Below, piece by piece: positions 51,012 through 62,270 of a stretch of 64,000 bases of DNA; the first letter of the stretch is position 1; each line of letters opens with the position of its first letter. Below the pieces are notes generated by a model. It ran no database searches and was not told where the DNA came from. It saw nothing but the letters and a program-made list of their open reading frames with translations. Source of the stretch: Vitrella brassicaformis CCMP3155 (lineage: Eukaryota > Protista > Chromerida); assembly GCA_001179505.1 (NCBI GenBank), contig CDMY01000444.1, positions 11,636 through 75,635 of the forward strand, given 5' to 3'. The translations under genes were made by a program, and so were the position numbers.

Positions 51012-51207
51012 AATGGGGCAAGTGGCAAGTGGGGGAGGGGAAAGGAGGAAAGATGGCGGGGGGTAGGAGCTGAAGGCTCAGATGGGAGGCTGCTGTAATG
51101 AATGGATGGTGGCAGGGGCGGGATCCGGAGCGCCTGAGACTCTGTCTGCAAGCTAAGCTCGCAGGTGTGGCAACTTCTGTCTTCAGCGCAAATCACACGC
51201 ATTCGGG

Positions 51208-51660
51208 ATGCTGGTGCGGCAAGCATTACGTTTAGGACGAGCGGCATCTCCGTCGATGCTGTCGGCATCACCCGCATGTCTGCCGCCTCTCGCAGCAGCG
51301 GCAACCAGAGTGGCAGCGCCGAGGCTAGGTGTGGGTGTGGGTGTGCGTCAGTTGTCCACCTCACATGCGCACCCGCAGCTGATGCCGGCGCCCAAGGACT
51401 TCAACCGCACGCCCGACGAGATTGTGGCCGAGCTGAACAAACATATCATTGCACAGGTAGACAGATGCAGACAGATGCAGTGTCTGTGGGTGTGTGTGAG
51501 TGTCTTCCCTCTCTCTCTGCCCGTGTGTGTGTGTGTGTGTGTGTGTGCCTGTGTGTGTCGGGTGTAGGATGACGCCAAGCGTTCCCTGGCAATCGCACTG
51601 AGAGATCGATGGCGACGGCAGAGTTTGCAGAATGACGACCTGCGGAAGGTCAGAGAACCC

Positions 51661-51691
<31 letters not shown>

Positions 51692-54185
51692 GACAGCCAA
51701 GCCAGCCGCTCTCTCGCCTGTGTGCATATGAGTGTGTGTGTGGTGTGTGTGCAGGAGGTGACGCCCAACAACATCTTGCTGATCGGTCCGTCCGGGTGCG
51801 GCAAGACCGAGCTCGCCAAGCGGCTCGCCGCTTTTGCTGGGGCGCCATTCGTAAGCAAAGCAAAGCCAGCCAGGCCGTGCCATGTGGATGGGTGGAGAGA
51901 GGTCCATGTGTGCGTGATTGTGTGTGTGTGTGTGTGCAGGTGAAGGTTGTTGCCACCCGATACACTGAGGTGGGGTTTGTGGGTGACGATACCGTGTCCA
52001 TGGTGCACGAGCTCGCAGAGGTACCAATCAATCGGCACACACAGACAGACGTGTGCGCTGGTGTGTGCGTGTGTGTGTGGGCCCACCCGCAGCAATCGTA
52101 CATGGACGAGAAGCGCCGTATGAAGGATTTGGTGATGGACCAGGCCAAGACCAGGGCTAAGAACGAGCTGATCAAGGCCATCATGAAGAACCCCCTCTCC
52201 GACACATGGACCGAGTCACTCATCAGCGAATACCTCGACGTACACACACACACACACACACACACACAGGGATGGAGGGATGGTGCATGTGACGTCTGTC
52301 TGTCTGCAGGATGGCCGTCTCAACGAGATGGAGGTCGAGCTCGACGCCGAGTTGCTGACCCGTGACGAGCCTCAGAAGAGCCCCCTGGCCGACATCTTCG
52401 GCAACATGGCTGGGGGGCCCGGCGGCGGAATGGGCGGCGGCCGCCCGGGGGGCATCTCGGCTGTGCCCATCGGCGTATCCGTGCAGGTAAGTAACCCCAC
52501 ACACAGAGAGGGAGGGAGACAGAGAGGGGGTTTCCACACACACACACACACGGATGACCCACACATGGCCTGTGTTGTGTGCAGGGCCCCAATGCATCTG
52601 ACATCAACAGCAAGCTGGAGGACCTCTTTGGCACCGGCGGCCGGAAGAGCAAAAAGAAGGGCGAGAAGAAAAAAGTCAAAGTCGCCGAGGCACGACCCCT
52701 CCTGGAGGACCACTACGCGTGAGCCAAGCCATGCCCACTCAGACAGACAGAGAGAGAGAGAGGTTGGGTGGGTGCTGATGTGTGTGTGTGTGTATGTGTG
52801 TGTGTGGGTGTATGTGTGTGTGTGGGTGGGTGGGCGGGTGGGTGTCAGTAATGAGCTGATCAATGAGGAGGACCTGACGGAGAATGCTCGAGTGGCGGCT
52901 GAGCAGAGAGGCATGTAAGCGCAACCACCCTCACTCACCCAACCTACCAACCAACACACAGACACACACACACACACACACAGCCAGACGCGTCACACGT
53001 CTGTGTGTGTGTGTCTGTGTGTGTGCGTGTGTCTGTCTGTCTGTCTGTCAGCATTTTCATTGATGAGTTTGACAAGCTGATAACTGACAAGCAGGAGAAT
53101 GAGGGCGGCTACAAGGGAAAGAGAAAGGGAGTACAGGTACGTCAGTCAGCCCACCGACCTCGCCGCCTCTCTCTAGACAATATATGGAGAGAATGACGTG
53201 TCTCTCTCTCTGTGTGTGTGTGTGTGCAGAAAGAGCTGCTCACACTGATGGAGGGCACCACAGTCAGCACCAAGATCGGCAGACTCCGAGTAGCCACCCG
53301 CACCAGATACACACACTGCGATTCCCACGCACAGAGCCCCACATTTCTCTCTCTGTATGTGCGTGTGTGTGTGTAGACGGACCATGTGCTGTTCGTTGCG
53401 TCGGGCGCCTTCACGCAGTCCAAGCCCACAGACATCATGCCAGAGCTGCAGGCAAGCAGCCACACATACAGAGAGAGAGAGAGAGAGGGATTGGGAACCG
53501 CGTGGGTCCATGTGTGTGCTGTGTGTGTGTGTGTGTAGGGTCGTCTGCCGATTCGTTGCGAGCTGAAGCCTCTCACCGAGGCCGACTTTATCAAGATCCT
53601 CAAAGGTGAGGCCAGCCACACACACACACACACACATGGGGCACAGACACGCAGTGAGATGTGTGTGTGTGTGTGTGTGGACAGAGACGCGATACAACCT
53701 GTTGATGCAGCAGGAGGCTCTCCTGGCCACCGTAAGACCGACCTCCTCGCCACATACCCACCACCCATCCACCCTCTCTCCCGCCCCCCTCCCTCCCTCC
53801 CTCCCTCCCTCTGTGTGTCCGTCCACTGCCCTCCACAGGAGGGCGTGTCGCTCAAGTTTTCCGACGACGGCATCAACGAGATCGCCAAGATCGCCCACAC
53901 ACTCAACACCGAGACGGCTAATGTGGGCGCCCGAAGGCTCAAGACCGTCATGGCAAAGCTCCTCGAGGACCTCAAATTCGACGCCCACAAAATGACCGGC
54001 AAAAGTGAGCTGAGTGTGGGTGGAGGAGAGGTGTGCGGGCATCTTTCTCTCTCTCTCTCTCTCTCTGTGTGTGTGCGTGTGTGTGCGTGCGTGTGTGTCC
54101 AGCTGTTGAGGTGACGGCCGATATGGTGAAGGAGAAGCTGGCGACGATGACCAAGCAGAGCGACCTCTCCAAGTACATCATCTAA
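51208..54185 (+). CDS. hslU: Mitochondrial ATP-dependent protease ATPase subunit HslU (ClpY)
   Basis: Transit-peptide-like N-terminus; [21 protein letters not shown]; [20 protein letters not shown] (Walker A); [11 protein letters not shown]; IFIDEFDK (Walker B); [12 protein letters not shown]; [12 protein letters not shown]; PELQGRLPIR; GARRL; C-terminal DLSKYII*. Confidence 0.95.
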
Positions 54186-55546
54186 TCAGGGGCGGTCTCA
54201 GAAGGAACGGACGAACGAACATGTCTGTGAGTCTGTGAGTGTGGGAGTGTGGGAATGTGTGAAGTGGGGTGGCTAGCCGCATGTGTGGCTGCCTTGTACA
54301 GAGGCGGAGAGAGAGAGAGAGAGAGAGGGAGAGGGGGCCGAGAGGGAGGGGTGCAGTCAGTCGAGTGAGTCGTCAGTCAGGGGTGTGGTGTGTCACACGT
54401 GTGAGTGTGTGAGTGTGTCGGTCACTGTGTATGTCCCTCCCTGTTCTCATTTATCGCGACAAATCCTCAAGACAGAATGTGTATGTGCCATAATTTGCAA
54501 TCGGTCCATATATCCACCCTGCCGTGCTCGCCTTAACGCCATCTGACTGAGTGGGCAGCTGTGGGTGGCCGTCAAGCTGGCACGGCCAAATGGCGGCACC
54601 ATGGTGCCTGCCGTGCCGTGTGGCCACACAACAAATCCAATCCAATCCTGCCATTTATCTGTGTGTTGTTGAGAGTACGTGTGTGTCTGTCATGCCAGCC
54701 AGGGAGAGAGAGTCTGAACGCATGGCATGGCATGGCATGCCCTCACCACATCAGAAAGTCGATTACCGATCACATCCCTCGAGTGTCGAGACACACTTAG
54801 TCAGTCAGTCAGTTGACGAACGAACGACCACAAACCATACACCAACACACATGGTACCGATGAATGGCATCCGTCCCATCCCGTCAGTCAGGGGAAGAAA
54901 GAGGTGACCTCCCTGCTGTCTTGTCTGTCTGGACTGTCGCGTTGGTATGAGAGAGAGTGTGTGTGTGTGGGTGTGAAGAAAACAAAATAATGGTGTGGTG
55001 TGGGCGGGGTGGAACGATCATGGGATGGAAGTCATGTCGGTCGACACGCACATTTGTACTGACTGACTGCGAATAAATATCCCTCTCTGTCTCTCTCTGT
55101 AATATCCCTCCCTCTTTGTGTCATCATATCATCTCTCCCGCCATACCCCATTCCCCTTTAATGGTACTGCTGCAGCCTGACACACAACACAACACAACAC
55201 GCTCTCAGTCAGTTGCATGCGGGCATCACACGCATGCAATGATTACAATGCATTGCAGGCCTTTCCTTCGTCCATCCATCCATCCATGTGTGTGTGTGTG
55301 TGTGGTGAGGGGCCGTCAAAAAACCTCGTCTGTCTGACCTCGCTCACTCGACGATCGTTGAAAGATGGAGTGACAGCCCCACACCCACACACACACCCAC
55401 ACCCACACACAGCACACATACCTCCCTCCCTCCCTCCCTGTCTGGCTATATATCAAAACCACTCACCCCACCGCACACACAACGCTCCCAAGACACTGAG
55501 TGAGGAGTGGTCTTAAACGTGATATAGATACATCGGTGGTCAGTGC

Positions 55547-56397
55547 TCACTCAGTGGTGGCGGCGGCAGGGGAGGCCTTCGGGGGGTTGGGCGTGGTGGC
55601 CTGAAGTGCCTTGACGCGCTCGATGCGGCTCTCAAAGCGGCCGGGAGCCGCCGTCACACGCAAAGACACCTCGGCCGCCTCGCCATCCTTGCCACCTACA
55701 CACGCACAGAGAGAGAGAGATGGACATATCAGGACCTGCAGGCGTCATGTGGCTGTCTGTCTGTCTGTCTGTCTGACCATTGCCCTGGTCTTTCGCCGGT
55801 GTGCCGTCTACGCGGCCCCTTTTCCTTTCGGCCTCCTCTGGCTGCGGGGGGTTGCTCGCGCCGCGCTTCTTGCCGCCGCCGTGGCAGGGCGACGCCGCAG
55901 TGGGCAGTGAGGCGGGTGACATCCCCTCCTCGGCTTTGTCGTCGCTCTCGTTGCTGCCAGTGGGTGGTGAGGAGTGTGTGTGTGGGGCGGCGGCGGCGGC
56001 GGCGGCCTTGGTGGTGGTGGGCTTCTTGGTCTTGGTCTTGGGTGGTTTGGTCTTGGTCTTGCTCTTGGAGGAGGTGTTGGCGAGGTGTGTGTGGAGGTCC
56101 TGCTTGATGGTGTCGTACCACTGCGCGTAGGTGGTCATCCTTTGCAAGGGGGTATGGGTGGTGTCGTCGGAGGAGCGGGGGCAGAAGGCATAAAGGTACA
56201 CGCCCTGCCACACACACACACATTCACACACACAGAGGGAGGGTGGGTGTGCAGTGACGCTAGCTAGCGTGAGTACCTTGTCGGCGGCCTCCTTGGGGAC
56301 CATGTGTCCGTCGGGGTACATCTCCGCCAGCAGGTTCTCCGTGTGGGAGGTGCGACGCGTCTTGACCGTCATGCAGGGGTGGCCCACACTGCATACA

Positions 56398-56431
<34 letters not shown>

Positions 56432-57220
56432 TCACACTCGTCCATGCCAGGTATGTTTGCCCCTCCCCCGTGTGTGTGTGTGTGTGTGTACCGCGGCACC
56501 CCCCATGACGACCTCAGCGACCAGCAGTACTTGCACCCCGCCACCTCCCCCGACAGAATCGCCGCCTTGTGCGGGTCCGTCTCAGTCGAGCACGTCGACT
56601 CGCTCCCTCCATTCTCGCCGCTGCCGTTCCCCTTGCCAGGCCCCTCCGGCTGCTGCCCTCCCTCTCCACCGTCACACCCCACTGCAGCTGGTGCAGGGGA
56701 GGGTTCGGGTGCCGGCCCCGAGCACAGCAGCGGCATGTCGCATTTGGCGCAGCAAACGGGCTCCAGTGCGAGCGACTCGAGCAACTCCCGCTTCAGAAAC
56801 CGGATCTCGTCCTCCCTCTCGGCCAGCTGGCGCCTGTACATCAAACACAACACACAGAGGGAGAGAGGGTGAGTGTGTTGGTGGGTCTCAGGTGTGTGGT
56901 GAGAGCGTACTTGAGTTGTTGTATGGCGACCTGAGTGCGGTCGAACTGGGCCTTGGGCACTTGTATCATCCTCTGCATCTGCATCTGGTGGGTGCCGGTG
57001 CCTTGGGTGGAGGAGGGTGAGGGCGGGATGGGGTGCATCATCGACAGCGACACCCCCTCGGGACCAACGTGTGTCAGGGACATCTCTGTCTGTCTGACAG
57101 CTAAGTAGCTATGATGGCTATCAACCACACTGGTCGATGAGATGAGATGGATGGCAACAAACAGGGCGTGGCGTTGAACGACCAACCAGTGAACTGCCTG
57201 CAGGAGACCACACGACACGG
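55547..57220 (-). CDS. Multi-exon hypothetical protein (coiled coil, Cys motifs, family-B C-terminal domain)
   Basis: Exons YRRQLAEREDEIRFLKRELLESL...CCAKC...CKYC, HPCMTVK..., and AFCPRSSDDTTHTPLQRMTTYAQWYDTIKQDLHTHL, which is shared with 33870 and 38340. Confidence 0.55.
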
Positions 57221-57838
57221 CACACAGGAGAGCGTTGCGTGGCGTGTGTGTATGTGTGTGACTGCATGGGCTGGTGGCTCAGGTGCTCTCCATTCCACCC
57301 CTCTGTGCGTACCTTGCTCGTTCGTTAGTTGGGTGTAGTTGCTGCCTCCAGCAGCCCGACGACACGGTTTCCTTACCAATGCCCCTGCAAACCCACCTGC
57401 CACACACCGAGGCACAGCACCACAGGTGAGAGCATCAACGCCACGCCCAAAGGGCTGACTCCCCTCCCTCCTAACACACACCGCCCCGCCCTCCCTGACT
57501 GACCCCTCTCACACCCTCCTCACTCTCATGCAGTCGACAGAACGGCCTTTCTCTCCCGCTGCCCAGCGATGCATTCCGCACCCACTGGCTGCAGCCCATC
57601 CCTACCGCCTCTCTCAGCCTCCCTGAGGCCCTGTGCGACGGCCCTCACCTTGTGTGCGTGCAGGTGGTTCTCTTGCAGGGGTGGGAGGTGGAGAGCCGAT
57701 GCACCTGGCCGACGGAGGGCTCTCCGGTGGCTTCAGAACCGAGCTGGAGTGGGCTGCGGAGGCCGGGGAATATCCTCCAGGCCCTTCAGAGTTTAGGAGA
57801 TTCGTGAAACCGATCAGTCCCTCCGGCTAAGCTCGCGC

Positions 57839-58841
57839 ATGGCGACAGCGATGAAGAGGGCTGCACTCAGCTGGAGAATGGCAACCACCTCTGCTGCAGC
57901 TGCAGCTGCTGCGCCTGCTGCCGGATCTGACCAGCTGCACGATGCCGTTCATCAGATCTCATCAGTCAATGGCAATCGTGGCAATGAGCCCAATGATGAC
58001 GGTGACGGTGCCCATGGTGGTCCACAGGCAGACATGCGTGTGCTGATGCGGTCGCTCTCGGCTTGTGGATCAATGGGTGAGCTGCGGCAGATGGTGGACC
58101 GACATGGCGGCTCTCTCGATGTTCCCGCGTGTGCCATGGCTCTGCACAGGTGGGCGGACGGGTGGGCGCATCGCATCGAAGCACAAGACGCATTGCATTG
58201 CATTCATCACAAATTCGTTAACTGATTGAGTGATTGCGATGGGCCAATGTCTGTCTGTCCATGTGTTGTGTTGGTCTCTTCTCTTTGTGTGTGTGCAGGT
58301 TGGCGAGGCTGTCGCGCAAGCCACTCGAGGGCGTGAAGACCAAACCCAGATGGTCTCCCAGCGACGCTCTCTGCGACACCCTGCTCTCCCAGCTCCTCTC
58401 AGTCATCACTCGCACACCCAATGGCAACACCACCTCAATCGCCCCACGCGACGCGGCCATGGCGCTTGTGGCCATCGCGCGGCTGCACCCTGGGTGGGAG
58501 AGGGAGAGCGAGATATGGACGAGGCTGTTGGAGGGCGGCTTGATGCCGGTCAGGGCGACGGTGGGGGCAGAAGTGATAAAGGACGTTGTGTGGGCTGCGG
58601 CGAGGGCAGGGCGTGGCGACAGTGCGGTGCGGCCGTGTTTGGAGGCGCTTGTGTGTGAGGTGACGCTGGAGAGGCGCTATGTTGGTTTCCGGCCAAGGGA
58701 CCTGTTCTCTTTTCTGTGGGCGTGTGGGAGTCTGGGCATCGATTTGGGAGGCTTGGCTAGCTACACTGCCACCAACGACTACCTGCTCGCACACTTACAT
58801 GTATCTAAGGATGCAGGCAGACACACACAGAGAGGGCTCCA

Positions 58842-58872
<31 letters not shown>

Positions 58873-59575
58873 CAGGATCTCACCCCAACGGACTGTGTGC
58901 TCAGTTGCTCCGCGTGTCTCTCTCAACTGAGCCGCTCTCAGAGCTCCCAGCAGCAGGGCAGGTCGGCAGCTCGGCGAGAGATTGAGAGGGTCCTTTCAGC
59001 GATCGGCAGACACGCCATGTCGCAAGCAGACTGCGCAAACCCACACACAAGCACATGGGACGCCAAGTGCTACGCCGGTCTGTTGCGCGTGTGCGCCAAG
59101 CACCAGTACAAAGACACTCGGCTGCTCGGCCACATCTCTCGGCAGCTGCTGGGGCAGATGGACCGATGCCGTGTGCAGGACCTTGCCAAGACGGTGTGGG
59201 CGTGCGCGGCGCTGAGCTACACCAACAGGGAACTGTTTGAGGCGATTGAGCGGCAGCTGATGGGGCAGTTTCTTAGAGAGGGAGAGGGAGAGGGGGTGCG
59301 GATGAGGCCGATTGAGGTAGGAAGGCAAGGCTGGCGGCCAGTGAGAGGCCATTCCATTCCACCCCCCACACACATCACGCCATCTTATCTTCCTTGGCAG
59401 GTGTGTCATTTCATGTGGGGCTTTGCGTCGAGAGGGTATCGCTCCCCCGAGCTGTTTGATGCCCTCAGCGATGTGGCGCTCGCCGACATTAAGAACTACT
59501 CGCCGCACGACATGGCAGTAAGGGTGTAGGCCCACATCCGGCGTCGGTATCTCTCTCTTTCTCTCCCTCTCTCTC

Positions 59576-59638
<63 letters not shown>

Positions 59639-61933
59639 CGCTGTGTGGAGCTTTGCGTCGACGCAGAACCTCAAGGAAGAGCTCTTCCGGGCCATTGCCA
59701 GAGAGGCCGTCTCAAAGCTCACCAAGTTCTCCGCCCAGGTACCTAGGTAGCAGAAGGTCCTTTCATCCATCCATCCATCCCTTCCTCCATCGATGCGCTC
59801 AACACACACTCACTCAGGACCTCGCCAACACCATCTGGGCGTTCTGCCGCGCCGGATTCTACTTCGACAACCTCTTCGGCCCCCTGACCGCACACACGAT
59901 GCAGCACATGCACCGGTTCAAGCCACATGAGGTCGGTCCACAGACACCCTCGACAGAGAGAGAGAGAGAGAGAGACATGGATGTCTTGTATGTGTGTGCA
60001 GGCGGCGAGCACTGCGTGGGCTTTTGCGACCAAGAGAGAGGGGGGAGGGGGGCAGCGAGAGAGACAGGGGGAGGAGGAGGTGCTGGTGGGCTTGCGCACG
60101 GCCATCGAGCGGCAACATGGGCTCGCAGCACTCTCGTCGCAGAGCATACTCGCTGCCGGTAAGTCAGCAACAGACAATCACATTCTTGGTTCTTCTTCAC
60201 CCGTCTCAGTGTGGAGTTTCTCTGTGACGGGTTTGCTCACGCCATCGTTCCTGGATGAGTCGAGGCGGCTGCTCATCAACAGAGCAAAGGAACATGATGC
60301 TCTCGTGGCCACATCCATATCGACCTCCCCTGGTGGTGCTGTGGATTTCCGCAAGCGCAAGGGCGACCCTGGAGATGATCATGTCGGTGTTGGTGTGTCC
60401 TCTGGTAAAGTTGATATTATGGGAGGGGAGAGGGAGAGGGAGAGGGAGAGCTGTGGTGGTGGTGGTGGTGAGACGGCCATGGCGACCGAGCCTTTTGTGC
60501 TGCAGCACCATCCTGAAGTGCTGGTATGATTGCAGCTTCCGTGAAATGTCTGTATCCTCTCTCTCTCTCTCTCTGTGTGTGTGTGTTAGATATTGGGCAA
60601 GCCGCCATTCTGGAGTGTGACGACCACATGGACCCCAATGGAAGGCGACACCAACACCAACACACCAACATACTCATACCAAAGTGAGTCAGTCAGTGTG
60701 GGTGAGCTTAGCACCTATCTAGAGCACACCTGACCCACTCACACACCCCTCCATCTCTCTCTCCGTGTGTGTGTGTGCAGTGTCCGAGCGTCTGCCTGTG
60801 CAAGAGACCAGCAGCACACCTGACCCACATGATGAGGATGCAGAAACGGAAGACGAGCATGAAGAGGAGACGGAGCTTCGTTCGGTGGTGGGGTGGGTGC
60901 GAGAGCGCTATGAGCCGTCTCAGCCCATTCATGCTGACCCCGCAGTCGCGCGGGCGTTCCTCCATCGACTTGACTATGAGACCAGTGGTGCGGTTTGTGG
61001 GCATCCGTCTGTCGAGTATCTCATTGTGTCTCATTGGCTCTCTTTCTCCCTGTCGTTCAGGCCCGTTGCTGATTGCCCGCACTTATACGTCATGGGCCAA
61101 TCTGCGCATCCAGATGCAGAGCCATCAGCTGACGAAGGAGTATGTCTGTCTGGTGCATGGGAATGTCCCTATCGGCCAGCAGCAGAGAGGTGCGCTCTTG
61201 CCATGAATACACACGCAGAGAGAGAGAGAGAGATATGGAGAAGCGGCCATTGTTGATGTGCGTGTGTGTGTGTGGGTGTGCGTGTGCAGTTGATGCACGG
61301 ATCGAGACGCTGACGGACTACCCCCACACCAGCAAGACCAGCCGCGTGCACCCCAACGGCAAAGTAAGATACTCATCCACACACACACGCACACACGCGT
61401 ATATCTATCTCTCTCCCTGTCTGTGTGGGTACGTCTTCACTGCAGCCAGCAATCACTCTGTATGAGTGTGTGGGCCACTACAGGCGCAACTCCGCGCCTT
61501 TCAGCCTTCTCAAAGTCACCCTCCTCACCGGCCGCACACACCAGATTCGGTGCCACATGCAGCACATAGGCCATCCGGTGGTTGGGGACAGCAAGTACCA
61601 CTCCAGAGGGGAGAGAGAGAAAGGCGACAACGGCAAATCGAGAGGGGACGACCGAAAATGGTACGGCTGTCTGTGTGGGGCTATCATTCCATTCACGAAA
61701 GTATCGATCCATCTGTCTGTCTGTCATTGGTGTGTGCAGGTGTCCGCGAACGTTCCTGCACTGCCAGCAGCTGGGCTTCACAGACCTTCAAGTACGAACA
61801 CGTGCGAGGAATAATCAATCGCATAATTGTCTGATCCCACGATGGCATCGATCAGGGCGACGCCGTGGTGGTGAGATGGGACCTGCCCCCAGACTTGCAG
61901 GACGTCCTGAGCGTGGGCATGCAGCCGGCATGA
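57839..61933 (+). CDS. Heptatricopeptide-like helical-repeat protein fused to an RluA-family RNA pseudouridine synthase, probably organelle-targeted
   Basis: Repeats (Q/H)D(L/M)AxxxW(A/S/G)F have Trp-to-Trp spacing of exactly 37 aa over three consecutive units. They splice in frame into VLQHHPEVLILGKPPFW, HRLDYETSG (catalytic Asp at 60972-60974), KEYVCLVHG, LLTGRTHQIRCHMQHIGHPVVGDSKY, RTFLHCQQLGF and WDLPPDL*. Confidence 0.88.
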
Positions 61934-62270
61934 GACGAATGGATGGATGAGCCGGCTGCTGGTCGTTGTGTCAGGCAGGCTGACTGATTCTCATGATGGG
62001 AGTGCGTGGAAAGATTTCCAGATGGACTGACGGATGGCTGGATGGATGGGTGTGTATAGGCGGACACCGTGCCGCGTGCAGACGCAGACAGAGTGTTTAT
62101 AGTCTGTCTCCATTGTCGGTCTTTCAGACAAGCGGGAAGATGCAATCAGTTCTTTTCTCTCGATGCGACGCAGAACACGTACGGCAACAGGAAACCACCC
62201 GAACAGCCAAAATACGTGCCCAAATGACAGAGACTTGGGGCTCAAACTACTGTATCTATCATGGTATCTA

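Noticed and set aside
51960-51985. HslU pore loop GFVG instead of GYVG
   Set aside because: Conservative aromatic substitution; unlikely to matter.
59400-60010. HPR repeats each encoded by one exon (repeat-phase introns)
   Set aside because: Introns fall 5, 3, 6 and 5 residues before the repeat Trp. That is near but not at a constant position, so exon-unit duplication is not supported.
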